From positions 1-31,736 of the forward strand of contig DRLX01000158.1 in assembly GCA_011322715.1 (NCBI GenBank): a stretch of 31,736 nt of DNA. The letters are read 5' to 3'. Source of the stretch: Desulfobulbaceae bacterium. GTDB lineage: Bacteria > Desulfobacterota > Desulfobulbia > Desulfobulbales > Desulfobulbaceae. Under the pieces are notes generated by a model. The model was not told the DNA's origin. It worked only from the letters and a program-made list of their open reading frames with translations, and did no database searches. The position numbers were made by a program, and so were the translations under genes. Below, piece by piece: positions 16,987-28,197 of this stretch (position 1 is the first letter of the stretch; every line of letters starts with the position of its first letter).

Positions 16987-17895
16987 TCCCGTGATTCTCT
17001 TTTGTTGTCGGACCCGCCGATATACATTTTCACTCACATACAGTGCAAGCGCAAGCCAGACAAGAGTAAAGCCGATAAGCTTTTCTCTGGGAAAGGGTTC
17101 GTGAAACAGTAGCAGACCTATGAGAAATTGAAGTGTCGGGGCGAGGTATTGCATCAAGCCGACGGCAGTCATGGAAATTCTTTGCGCTCCAAAAACAAAA
17201 CAGAGCAGCGGCAGGGCGGTGATTGGCCCGGCGCCCAGAAGGAGCCAAGTGTATCCCGGAGCCAAGGTGAAAAGATGTGATCGGCCATGCCAGGCAAGAT
17301 AAAAAAGAGTAGCCGCCGCCGGCAGAGTGAGTAATCCCGTCTCAAATGTCAGGCCGTCAAGGGAGCGGAGAGGGGCGGTTTTACGCAGCAAGCTGTATAA
17401 GGCAAAGGTGACGGCAAGCGTCAGCCCGATCCAGGGAAAACGTCCGTAGGAAAAGGTCAGATAGAGGACACCGGCAAGGGCGACGGATAATGCCGCCCAT
17501 TGGCCTGGTCGCAGAGGTTCGCGGAGGAAAACAACGCCGAAAAATACAGCGATTAACGGATTGATGAAATATCCCAGGCTGGATTCTATGATATAATCGT
17601 TATTGACTGACCATATATACACCAGCCAGTTGCACCCGAGCAGACTTGCTGTTGCGAGAAAGGTAATGACCGTCCGCCTGTCTCTAAGGTTTTTTATAAA
17701 TGGGTTGATCTTCCTCCTGAGTCCGAGCAGGGCAAGCGAGAAGAGAAAAGACCAGAGAATACGATGACAGATAATCTCATAGGAGGGAACGGCATCAAGC
17801 ATTTTCCAGTAGAGGGGGAGAATGCCCCACATGGTATAAGCCAGTAAGACCGTCGGCAAACCGTATCGTTTATTCAAGCCTGCTTGTTGTTGCAT
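16984..17895 (-). CDS. rarD: RarD-family EamA/DMT transporter
   Basis: WGILPLYWK, EIICHRILWS, SLGYFINPL, GLMQYLAPTLQFLIG, FTLVWLAL motifs. Confidence 0.92.
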   Translation of the reverse strand: MQQQAGLNKRYGLPTVLLAYTMWGILPLYWKMLDAVPSYEIICHRILWSFLFSLALLGLRRKINPFIKNLRDRRTVITFLATASLLGCNWLVYIWSVNNDYIIESSLGYFINPLIAVFFGVVFLREPLRPGQWAALSVALAGVLYLTFSYGRFPWIGLTLAVTFALYSLLRKTAPLRSLDGLTFETGLLTLPAAATLFYLAWHGRSHLFTLAPGYTWLLLGAGPITALPLLCFVFGAQRISMTAVGLMQYLAPTLQFLIGLLLFHEPFPREKLIGFTLVWLALALYVSENVYRRVRQQKRITG

Positions 17896-17940
17896 TGAAA
17901 AATCCAGGAGAGAGGGGGTACGGAATAAAACAAAGGAGAT

Positions 17941-18061
17941 AACTGTTCAGGAGCACACCATTTCCGAAGTCTCGCACCTCGCTATCTGCACGGTTAGGCC
18001 TGATTCATAGAGGAATCACTACAGGCCTGCCTTCGTAGATATGGAGCACTCCTGAACAGTT
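17941..18061. mobile_element. MITE-like element, family B
   Basis: Perfect 13-bp terminal inverted repeats AACTGTTCAGGAG / CTCCTGAACAGTT around a 121-bp non-coding segment with internal hairpin AGGCCTG...CAGGCCT; no TSD seen. Confidence 0.65.
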
Positions 18062-18259
18062 CAGACCGTGGCCGGGGAAGTTCCCTGCACCCACCTGAAT
18101 AGTTGCCAAGAGAGAAAAGACGGTTTAAGGGGTTCCAGATAAATAACTATTCCATTCTGCTGGTTTCTTGTTCCTTAAATCTGCAACAAAAAACAGCGCA
18201 TACGGGATAAAATTTTTTGTGGCCCTGAATGTTCCGAAATTCTTCCATCGGGATGGCGG

Positions 18260-18604
18260 CTATTTATCCATGCCGCAAAAGGAAAGAATTTCTTTGTCCT
18301 TATCGACAAAACAACTGATCAGGGCTTTCTGCTCATCACCATTTACTTCAGCGCCATGCCTGATCATGGATTTTATGGTCCGTTTCCATGATCGTGTTCC
18401 CTTGTTTTTGGTAATTTTCCGGCATATCCTGGTCTCAAAATGGCAATCAAGGCATTTGTTTTCCATCAGGGATTTGCAGGAAGTTGCAGCTTCGGCAAGG
18501 GCCGGCGATGTCGGTGAAAAGTAGAACAGTCCGCCAATAAAAACAGCAGGGAATATGAAGGTTATGTAGATGTTTTTCCGTTGAATTTTCAAAATTTGTA
18601 CCAT
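18260..18604 (-). CDS. Small exported monoheme cytochrome c
   Basis: Signal peptide; single CLDCH; W..T...M...GA pattern giving a candidate axial Met; four additional Cys. Confidence 0.7.
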   Translation of the reverse strand: MVQILKIQRKNIYITFIFPAVFIGGLFYFSPTSPALAEAATSCKSLMENKCLDCHFETRICRKITKNKGTRSWKRTIKSMIRHGAEVNGDEQKALISCFVDKDKEILSFCGMDK

Positions 18605-20166
18605 TTTTTTCTTTTATTTGGATTATACATGGCCACCCGGTTTCTTCCCTTTTCCTTGGCCAGGTACAGGGCTTCATCGGCAAGACCGATGAATTCGTTC
18701 TTTTTAAAGTCACGACCCGTCGGATGGGCACTGGCAACGCCGATCGAAATTGTTACTTGATAGGTATTCGTCCCGTCGTCAAAGGTATACTTTTCCACGG
18801 TTGACCGTATTTTTTCCGCGACGATTTTTGCCTCATCCGGGCCGGTCTCCGGCAGGACAAAGATAAATTCTTCGCCTCCATACCGTGCCATCAGATCATA
18901 TTCACGAATCTCCTTTTGGCAGACCCGGCAGAGTTCCTTAAGGATAAAATCTCCGGTCTGGTGGCCATAGGTATCGTTGAATGTTTTAAAATTATCTATG
19001 TCGGCCAAAAGAAGTGAGATAGCCCTTTCATTGCGGATGGAACGGTTAATTTCCTGGTCAAGAAAATTTTGAAAAAAGCGATGATTGTTGATTTCGGTCA
19101 AGCCGTCGATATTGGCCAGGTTTTCCAGAAGCTTATTTTTCTGCTCCAGTTCCCTGGTTAATTTTTCCAATTCCATTTTGGAACGGATGAGTTCCCGGTT
19201 CATCTCCTCATAGGACATGTTGAGCATGCTGAGCCTGAGATTGGCTTCCTGCAGAATTTCTTCTACTGATTTCGTCGGCTTCATGGAAAGACCGAAATAT
19301 TCTGCGGTCTGATCAACCAGGTTATGAACTTCTTTGAGAATCTTGTTGATGGCAAGAATTTTCAGGCCAAGTCGTTTTTTTGCCTCATTCCTGAATGCCT
19401 TGTGGTATTCCTGTGGTTTGTCGGAATAGAGGATGCCGGTCAGGATGTCGGCCAGGTAAATAGCATTGATGCTGCGGGCGACCTGTTTGTCTCCGCCGTC
19501 ATAATTTTCCGGCTGATGATGATACTTGATCGGCAGGAGTAGGGATTCGGGAAACCCCCAGTGCTCGGCCACGGCAAAGCCGACTACGCTATGCTCTTCT
19601 CCGATAATTTCTTTTTCAATTTCATTTTCCACGGCCCCTTCATCCTTGGCCATTCGGGTGAGGACCTGTTCGTACAGATCAGGCAGGGTAGAGGCGAAGA
19701 TCAACTGGCCGATATTATGAAGCAGGGCGGAAATAAAGGTTTCCTCGGTATCTGCGCCGGGAACCTGCTCTAAGATAAGTTTGGCGGCAACGGCCCCGGC
19801 CAGGGATTGTTCCCAGAACTGTTTGAAATCAAAGGCGGTTGCGCCCTTTCCTTTTTTACGCATGGATAGAAAGGAAAATGAGAGAACCAGGCTGCGAACC
19901 GCATTGGTTCCCAAGATGGAGACCGCCTGGTTGATGGAACTGATTTGCTGGGGAAACGAGTAAAAGGCTGAATTGGAGACCTTGAGTATCTTTGCGGCCA
20001 AGGCCATATCCTTACTGATCAGGTTGGCGATATCGGTCAGGGTCGTTTCCTCCTTGCCCGCTATCATCAGGAGCTTGGAGGCTACCGCCGGTAAGGTGGG
20101 AAGGTCCTCTGATTGCAGAACGGTCTCGATGACCTGGTCCCGGCTCATTGTCATGGTTGTATCCAT
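18589..20166 (-). CDS. HDOD-GGDEF diguanylate cyclase
   Basis: N-terminal HDOD (LPTLP..A, ILKVSNSAFY, LLHNIG, W.FP); C-terminal DGLTEINN, DIDNFK..NDTYGH..GD, intact GGEEF with RxxD (REYD) I-site. Confidence 0.92.
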   Translation of the reverse strand: MDTTMTMSRDQVIETVLQSEDLPTLPAVASKLLMIAGKEETTLTDIANLISKDMALAAKILKVSNSAFYSFPQQISSINQAVSILGTNAVRSLVLSFSFLSMRKKGKGATAFDFKQFWEQSLAGAVAAKLILEQVPGADTEETFISALLHNIGQLIFASTLPDLYEQVLTRMAKDEGAVENEIEKEIIGEEHSVVGFAVAEHWGFPESLLLPIKYHHQPENYDGGDKQVARSINAIYLADILTGILYSDKPQEYHKAFRNEAKKRLGLKILAINKILKEVHNLVDQTAEYFGLSMKPTKSVEEILQEANLRLSMLNMSYEEMNRELIRSKMELEKLTRELEQKNKLLENLANIDGLTEINNHRFFQNFLDQEINRSIRNERAISLLLADIDNFKTFNDTYGHQTGDFILKELCRVCQKEIREYDLMARYGGEEFIFVLPETGPDEAKIVAEKIRSTVEKYTFDDGTNTYQVTISIGVASAHPTGRDFKKNEFIGLADEALYLAKEKGRNRVAMYNPNKRKKWYKF

Positions 20167-20414
20167 CCTTTGCGAAGAAAAAAGAGTAAATGAATAAACT
20201 ATTATATATCAGGTTTTCCGGTCACTTCAAGGAGGCTTTTTCGTTCAAACCATGGAAAAACAATAATTCCACTAAATGTGGGGCGATTTTGTTGTAAATT
20301 TAATAGAGGGAAATGGTCGTATATCTTGAAAATTCAGCTTTTTTCACCATTGGAAGTCAGGAACGAAACAACCGGGAAGGCCGGGTGATTTTTTCGCTGG
20401 TTATTGGAAAAAAA

Positions 20415-21467
20415 TTACCAGCCATTGCCCTGGCGGTTGGGATAGCTGCAGGCAGCACCCTGATAGGTGGTAAATTCCAGAGTCTCACCGCAGGTGTTGA
20501 TATAGGCCGGGGTCAACGGAATCTTGCCGCCGCCGCCGGGCGCGTCCAGGGCAAAGGTCGGTACTGCCATGCCTGACAGGTGCCCGATCAGATGCTGCAT
20601 GATGTCAAGGCCGGTTTCTATGCGGGTACGGAAATGGGAGGTACCTCGGGTGAGATCGGCCTGAAACAGGTAATAGGGCTTAACGCGAATGGCAAGCAGC
20701 TTACGCATGAGTCGGTAAATGGTCTGGGCATCGTCATTGACGCCTTTAAGCAGCACGGTCTGGCAGCCGAGGGGGATTCCTGCATCGGCAAGACGCGTAC
20801 AGGCAAGGGTGGCCTCCTGTGTAATTTCAGCAGGATGATTAAAGTGGGTATTGATATAGAGTGGATGAAAATTTTTCAGCATGGCGGCCAATTCATCGGT
20901 CACACGCATGGGCAGAGTACAGGGAACCCGGGTGCCGATACGGATAACCTCAATGGATGGAATTTTCTTTAATCGGCTCAGAATGTCTTCCAGTCTGCTG
21001 TCACTAAGCAGTAGGGGATCGCCTCCTGAAAGCAATACTTCCCGTATTTGCGAGGTGTTGCGCAGGTAGCTGAATCCGGCATCAAGTGTCTGTTCATTGA
21101 TATGCATCTTTGCCGTTCCCACTTTTCTTTTTCGTGTACAGAAGCGGCAGTACATGGCGCATTCGTTACAGACAAGGAACAGGGCCCGGTCCGGGTATTT
21201 GTGGACCAGGTTGGGTACGGGACTCAAACGCTCCTCGGCCAGGGGATCAAACATACCCTCGTCATCATGTAACTCCCGCAGGTCGGGAACGGCCTGCCTG
21301 TAGAGCGGCAGGCCGGTTTTTTGGATAAGATCAAGATAATAGGGATTGATTCGCAGCGGGTAGGTTGCCGCTACCCGGGCAATATTCCGGCAGTTGCCAC
21401 CCAGAGACTGCACAAGCTCTTCCGGAGAGGTTATGCTTTTTTTCAGAATTTTTTGCCAGCTTGTCAT
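20415..21467 (-). CDS. KamA-family radical SAM aminomutase (lysine 2,3-aminomutase-like)
   Basis: HKYPDR, CAMYCRFC (CxxxCxxC), LLSGGDP, RIGTRVP, HFNHP, DAPGGGGK (PLP Lys). Confidence 0.9.
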   Translation of the reverse strand: MTSWQKILKKSITSPEELVQSLGGNCRNIARVAATYPLRINPYYLDLIQKTGLPLYRQAVPDLRELHDDEGMFDPLAEERLSPVPNLVHKYPDRALFLVCNECAMYCRFCTRKRKVGTAKMHINEQTLDAGFSYLRNTSQIREVLLSGGDPLLLSDSRLEDILSRLKKIPSIEVIRIGTRVPCTLPMRVTDELAAMLKNFHPLYINTHFNHPAEITQEATLACTRLADAGIPLGCQTVLLKGVNDDAQTIYRLMRKLLAIRVKPYYLFQADLTRGTSHFRTRIETGLDIMQHLIGHLSGMAVPTFALDAPGGGGKIPLTPAYINTCGETLEFTTYQGAACSYPNRQGNGW

Positions 21468-21577
21468 TGCCTGTCCCAGGGGAGAGTGCTACAAGAGAGG
21501 AAAGAGAAAAAATTCTCAGCGTGAGAATTGTTTATATACGTTGTTTATATCCCACCATCACCGAGGGAGTATACGAA

Positions 21578-23314
21578 ATGTCAGAAAATTCCGCTATATT
21601 CAAATACGATGAGTATGGTAATACCCGTGAGATTTATGTGTATGATTCCGGCACAAGTATCCACGGTAACGCCTTTATTAATAAGGGGACCGCATTCACC
21701 TTTGAGGAGCGGAAGCGCCTTGGTCTTATCTCCATGCTTCCTCCGGCGACAAGAAGTCTTGAGGACCAGGTGGAAAACAGCCGCTATAAGGTGGAGAATA
21801 AAAACAGCGACATTGAACGATTTATTTATATCCGTTCCCTGTTTGACCGTAACGTCACCCTGGCCCATGCCCTGATAAAGAGTGACATTGCCCGCTATAT
21901 GTCGATTATTTATACACCGACGGTCGGCCTTGCCTGTCAGCATTTTTCCTCCATGTTTCGTTCCGCCAACGGCCTTCATTTTTATCCGGGCAATATCGAA
22001 TATGCCGAAGATGTACTTCGCCGGTTCCAAACAAGGGATATCCGGGTGGCGGTGGTGACCGATAACCAGGGAATTCTCGGCATCGGCGACCAGGGCGCCG
22101 GCGGTATTGCCATTTGTGTGGGCAAGCTGATGCTGTATACCCAGGGCGCGGGCATCGCTCCCTGGCACTGCCTGCCCATCTCTCTTGATGTGGGAACGGA
22201 CAATCAGGACCTGCTCAATGATGATGAGTATCTTGGCTGGCGGCATCCGAGGATCAAGGGTGACGAGTACATAAATTTTGTCCAGCGTTTTGCCCGCGCT
22301 TTTCGCCATGTCTTTCCCAATGCGCTCTGCCAGTGGGAGGATTTTTCCAAGCAGAATGCCTTTGCCATTCGCGATTCCTATCTCCATGATCTGATTTCGT
22401 TTAATGATGATATCCAGGGAACGGGTGCAGTGGCGCTGGCAGGCATACTGGCGGCCATGCGTCTGAAAAAGGAATCGTTGCGTGATCAGGTATATCTTAT
22501 TCACGGGGCGGGAGCAGGTGGCGTAGGTATTGCCGAACAGATAAAGACCGCGCTCTGTGAAGAGGGACTCTCCAATGAGGAGGCCCTTGCGCGAATTTTT
22601 GCTCTGGATTCCAGAGGACTTATCACAACGGATCGGGATTTGCTGCCGTATAAACGGAAATTTGCCAAAGATCCGACACGTCTTGAATGGCTCAAGGAAG
22701 ACTCGGATCTGCATCTTGAAAATGTCGTCAAAAAGGCAAAGGTCACTGTTTTAATAGGCACTTCGGGCCAGGCGGGTTGTTTTACCCATGAAGTTGTTGA
22801 TTCCATGATGGAAAACTCAGCCAGGCCGGTCATCATGCCGCTGTCCAATCCAACCGATCACGCCGAGGCCATTCCCGCGGATGTTTATAGATGGACGGAT
22901 GGACGTGCCCTGGTGGCAACCGGGTCCCCGTTTCCTGATGTCGAGCATGGAGGCAAGACCTATCGAGTCGGGCAGGCAAATAATGTCTTTGTTTTTCCAG
23001 GGGTCGGTCTTGGTACCCTGGCTTCAGGGGCCAGAGAGGTGAGGCCTGAATTTTTTACTGCTGCGGCCCGGGCGGTTGCCGGTACGGTCACGACGGAACA
23101 GTTACAACAGGGAGCGCTGCTGCCGGAAGTGACCACTCTGGCCGATGTCAGCCTCAAGGTTGCCCAGGCTGTCGGTGAATCGGCAATCAAGCTTGAAGTA
23201 AGCAGAAATTGCGCGTTTTCTACCTTTCAACACCAGAATGACCCCACCCGGCTTAAGGAGCTCATTCGCAGGTTGCGATGGAGCCCTGATTATCTGCCTC
23301 TGGTGGCCATGTAA
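21578..23314 (+). CDS. maeA: NAD-dependent malic enzyme family protein (large-subunit type)
   Basis: YTPTVG, ILGIGDQG, GKL..YT, QWEDF, FNDDIQGTG, GAG..G, PLSNPT, GQANNVFVFPG motifs; GAGGGAG before ATG 21578. Confidence 0.9.
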   Translation: MSENSAIFKYDEYGNTREIYVYDSGTSIHGNAFINKGTAFTFEERKRLGLISMLPPATRSLEDQVENSRYKVENKNSDIERFIYIRSLFDRNVTLAHALIKSDIARYMSIIYTPTVGLACQHFSSMFRSANGLHFYPGNIEYAEDVLRRFQTRDIRVAVVTDNQGILGIGDQGAGGIAICVGKLMLYTQGAGIAPWHCLPISLDVGTDNQDLLNDDEYLGWRHPRIKGDEYINFVQRFARAFRHVFPNALCQWEDFSKQNAFAIRDSYLHDLISFNDDIQGTGAVALAGILAAMRLKKESLRDQVYLIHGAGAGGVGIAEQIKTALCEEGLSNEEALARIFALDSRGLITTDRDLLPYKRKFAKDPTRLEWLKEDSDLHLENVVKKAKVTVLIGTSGQAGCFTHEVVDSMMENSARPVIMPLSNPTDHAEAIPADVYRWTDGRALVATGSPFPDVEHGGKTYRVGQANNVFVFPGVGLGTLASGAREVRPEFFTAAARAVAGTVTTEQLQQGALLPEVTTLADVSLKVAQAVGESAIKLEVSRNCAFSTFQHQNDPTRLKELIRRLRWSPDYLPLVAM

Positions 23315-23405
23315 GATGCAGGGTGGACGGAAGTGACGTAATGGGCCGGAATCCCGGGATCAGGTCCTTGGAATATGATGTGTTTATGGTTGTTACAATG
23401 TTTAC

Positions 23406-25310
23406 ATGCCCGGAATGAGGCCGGCCGTAAAACGATGGATATGTGGGGAATCATCTTCCCTGCTCCGTTCCTGTGGGTTCCTGTTTTTTCTTGCTGCAGG
23501 AACCCTGCTCGTTGTGCTGGTGTTGACGACCGCCCGTTTTACCTCCCGGCAGGGACTGCGGGACCTTGCCGGCGAGGGAAACGCTCGCCTTGAACTGTAT
23601 GTTTCTTATCTGCAGGGAGTCCTGGAAAAATATGAAGGGCTGCCGGAACTGCTTGCCACCAATAAGCGGTTGGTCGGGTTTATGAAAAAACCGGGAGGCA
23701 GGAATCGTATAGAAGCGCTTAACCGATATCTTGCCACCATCAACGATATCTCCGATGCGGCCGACACGTATCTCATGGATCGTGAGGGATTGACCATTGC
23801 AGCTTCCAACTGGGATGCCGAACGTCCGTTTATCGGGAGAAATTTCAGTTATCGACCTTATTTTAAACAGGCCATGCAGGGTCAGTTAGGGCGATATTTC
23901 GCCCTTGGCACAACTTCAAGTCGTCGCGGGTACTATTTTGCCTACCCGGTCCGAAGCAATGGTGAAATTCTCGGGGCCGTGGTCGTCAAAATCAATATCG
24001 ACAAGGTGGAGCATAACTGGGGCCATCGTGATGAAACCTTTCTGGTCACCGATCCGGATGGCGTTATTTTTCTCAGCACCAATCCCGCCTGGCGTTTTCA
24101 GGCCCTTCATCCCCTGTCACCCGATGTAAAGACCCGGATAAAACAAAGCCGCCGTTATCCGAACTCCCGGTTATCTCCGGTTCCCGTGTCGGCCACAAAA
24201 CCGACTGATACCGGCACACTGCTGACCCTTCTGGAGAACGGCCGCGAGAAGGAATATCTGCAGCAGAGTCGAACCATGCCCCAGGCTGGCTGGCAGGTGC
24301 ATATTTTAAGCGACACCAAACATGTACGGTTGCTGGTGCGCCGCACCCTTATCGGCACCGCCGCCGCTTTTATCCTGGTGGTCGTCCTTGTGCTGATGTA
24401 TCGGCAGCAACGGTTGCGTCTGCAGGAACAGAGAGGCCATGAAGAAGAAAACCGGAGAATGCTTGAACAGGTTAATCTTGATCTTGAGCGTCGGGTCAGT
24501 GAGCGTACCAGTGCCTTGAGAGAAGTAAACAGTCAACTGCGTCTGGAGATAGGTGATCGCAGGCGGGCCGAGGAAAAACTGCGGCATGCGCGCAAGGAAT
24601 TGATCCATACGGCAAAGCTTGCCGCCATCGGTCAAATGGCGACCGGCATCAACCATGAACTCAATCAGCCGTTGGCGGCCATCCGGGCCTATGGTGCCAA
24701 CGGCCGTGAATTATTGATTAAAGGACGCGTTGAAGAGGCAATCTCCAATTTTGATCGCATTGCCGAACTCACCGAACGTATGGCTGGAATAGGAAGCCAG
24801 CTCAAGATTTTTTCACGGAAAAGCCGGGGTAATCTCAGCAGTCTGCCCCTGCAGGGTGTTATCGACGGTGCGCTGGAAATCCTCATGCCAATGCTCGGCA
24901 AAACCGGGATCACAATCGGTATAGATCTGGACCCGGCCGATATAAGGGTGCGGGCCAATTCTCTTCTCCTGCAGCAGGCCCTTGTCAATCTGATCGCCAA
25001 TGGTGTTCATTCCGTACAGGAGGGGGAGAAAACTCCGATTGTCGCGGTGACCGGACGGTTTTTTGAGGATATGGTGCGCGTCGAAGTACGGGATAACGGG
25101 TCCGGAGTGGGAGTTGCTGACAAGGAAAAGGTCTTTGATCCTTTCTACACCACCAAACCCTCGGGGCAGGGACTGGGATTGGGCCTGACTATTACCCGGA
25201 GAATTATAGAAGAAATGGATGGCCATATTTATCTTGAAGAAAACAATCAGGAAGAAAAGGACGCATTTACCACCTTTGTTATGCTTTTACACCGGGCGTC
25301 GGCTGAATAG
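23406..25310 (+). CDS. dctB: C4-dicarboxylate sensor histidine kinase
   Basis: dCache segment YLMD..G.TIAASNW..F.G.NFSYRPYF; H-box GINHELNQPLAAI; N, DNG.G, F.PFYTTK, GLGLGL boxes. Confidence 0.93.
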   Translation: MPGMRPAVKRWICGESSSLLRSCGFLFFLAAGTLLVVLVLTTARFTSRQGLRDLAGEGNARLELYVSYLQGVLEKYEGLPELLATNKRLVGFMKKPGGRNRIEALNRYLATINDISDAADTYLMDREGLTIAASNWDAERPFIGRNFSYRPYFKQAMQGQLGRYFALGTTSSRRGYYFAYPVRSNGEILGAVVVKINIDKVEHNWGHRDETFLVTDPDGVIFLSTNPAWRFQALHPLSPDVKTRIKQSRRYPNSRLSPVPVSATKPTDTGTLLTLLENGREKEYLQQSRTMPQAGWQVHILSDTKHVRLLVRRTLIGTAAAFILVVVLVLMYRQQRLRLQEQRGHEEENRRMLEQVNLDLERRVSERTSALREVNSQLRLEIGDRRRAEEKLRHARKELIHTAKLAAIGQMATGINHELNQPLAAIRAYGANGRELLIKGRVEEAISNFDRIAELTERMAGIGSQLKIFSRKSRGNLSSLPLQGVIDGALEILMPMLGKTGITIGIDLDPADIRVRANSLLLQQALVNLIANGVHSVQEGEKTPIVAVTGRFFEDMVRVEVRDNGSGVGVADKEKVFDPFYTTKPSGQGLGLGLTITRRIIEEMDGHIYLEENNQEEKDAFTTFVMLLHRASAE

Positions 25311-25392
25311 TTCAGGACCATGAGGGATCAAGTAAAAATAATTTACAGAGATTGCTCCTGAATCCCTTGGAGAAGGAAAAACAGGAAAGACA

Positions 25393-26748
25393 ATGGAGGA
25401 ATTACGGCAGGTACTTTTTATTGATGATGAGCCCCATATCCGGTTGGCAAACAGGCAGACCCTGGAGCTGGCGGATTTTGAGGCGACCTGTCTCGAGACG
25501 GCTGAAGAGGCGCTCACCTTTCTTGCCGATGAATGGCCGGGGATTATCATCTGTGATATTCGGCTTCCTGGTATTGACGGCATGCAGTTTCTTGAACGGG
25601 TACGGAAAATCGACCGGGACCTGCCGGTTATCATCATTACCGGTCATGGGGACGTGTCAACCGCTGTCAAGGCCATGCGCAAGGGAGCTTATGATTTTAT
25701 TGAAAAGCCCTATGCGCCGGAACGTCTTGTTAAAACCGTACAGCGGGCCCTGGAAAAACGGGCGCTGACCCTTGAAAACAGACACCTGCGGACCGAACTG
25801 GAGGCCCATAGCGCGCCTGGTCCACGAATTATCGGTAAAACGCGGCAGATCAAACAGCTGCGTGCTACCATCGCTCAGCTCGCCGATACCGGCGCCGATA
25901 TCCTGGTGATGGGAGAAACCGGGACCGGTAAGGAACTGGTGGCCCGGTCCCTGCACGAACACAGCGCCCGGCGGTCAAGAAATTTTGTCGCCATCAACTG
26001 TGGAGCCGTGCCCGAATCCATGATAGAAGATGAGCTTTTCGGGCATGAGGCCGGTTCCTTTACCGGGGCCGAGAGTGTACGAATCGGCAAGTTTGAACAT
26101 GCAGCAGGTGGTACTCTGTTCCTTGATGAAATTGAGACCATGCCTATACAGATTCAGGTCCGTCTCCTCAGGGTGCTGCAGGAGCGTTCTTTGGAACGGC
26201 TTGGTTCAAATACTGTTATTCCACTTGATTTTCGGGTCGTGGCTGCGACCAAAATTGATCTGCGTCAGGCGGCGGACAAAGGGGGATTCAGAGAAGATCT
26301 ATATTACCGGCTCAATGTGGTGACTCTGGAAATTCCGCCCCTGCGTAAGCGTCGTGATGATATTCCCTTGCTCTTTCATCACTTTCTCCTGGTTGCCGGG
26401 CATCGCTATCAGCGTGAAGTCCCTTTGCCGGAAAAAGGTCAAATGAGTGTTTTGATGTCGTACAATTGGCCCGGCAATGTTCGGGAACTGAGAAATCTGG
26501 CGGAACGATATGTATTACTCGGCAGTCAGTTTGATCATTCCCTGGAACGGATGCTCTCCGGCCAGGATTTTGCTGAGGTCACCGGCCTTTCCGAACAGGT
26601 GGAGTGTTTTGAACGCGGCTTGATTGAACAGGCCCTGACAGCCAATCGGGGTTCCATCAAGGATACCATGGCCGCGCTCTCCCTTGCCCGCAAAACCCTC
26701 TATGATAAAATGCGCAAGTACAATCTGGATAAATCCGACTATAAGTAG
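25393..26748 (+). CDS. dctD: Sigma54-dependent response regulator
   Basis: Receiver (FIDDE, DIRLP), Walker A GETGTGKE, GSFTGA loop, LFLDEI, DLYYRLNV, WPGNVREL, C-terminal HTH RKTLYDKM. Confidence 0.93.
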   Translation: MEELRQVLFIDDEPHIRLANRQTLELADFEATCLETAEEALTFLADEWPGIIICDIRLPGIDGMQFLERVRKIDRDLPVIIITGHGDVSTAVKAMRKGAYDFIEKPYAPERLVKTVQRALEKRALTLENRHLRTELEAHSAPGPRIIGKTRQIKQLRATIAQLADTGADILVMGETGTGKELVARSLHEHSARRSRNFVAINCGAVPESMIEDELFGHEAGSFTGAESVRIGKFEHAAGGTLFLDEIETMPIQIQVRLLRVLQERSLERLGSNTVIPLDFRVVAATKIDLRQAADKGGFREDLYYRLNVVTLEIPPLRKRRDDIPLLFHHFLLVAGHRYQREVPLPEKGQMSVLMSYNWPGNVRELRNLAERYVLLGSQFDHSLERMLSGQDFAEVTGLSEQVECFERGLIEQALTANRGSIKDTMAALSLARKTLYDKMRKYNLDKSDYK

Positions 26749-28125
<1,377 letters not shown>

Positions 28126-28148
28126 ATTGTTTTTATTGTGATTTTCCC

Positions 28149-28183
28149 GGGGTCGTGCCTGTTAGGGGACGGCCCCTTTTTTT
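28149..28183 (+). terminator. Intercistronic stem-loop after dctP (partial terminator or mRNA stabiliser)
   Basis: GGGGTCGT / ACGGCCCC stem followed by T7. Confidence 0.6.
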
Positions 28184-28197
28184 AATGAGGTCTTCGG

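Noticed and set aside
16870-16990. tRNA-Thr as an island integration site
   Set aside because: It is followed directly by its terminator and rarD; no integrase or duplicated tRNA 3' end in the window
26035-26070. GSFTGA instead of GAFTGA in DctD
   Set aside because: A tolerated variant in sigma54 activators as I recall, and a good sigma54 promoter lies downstream; no evidence of lost function
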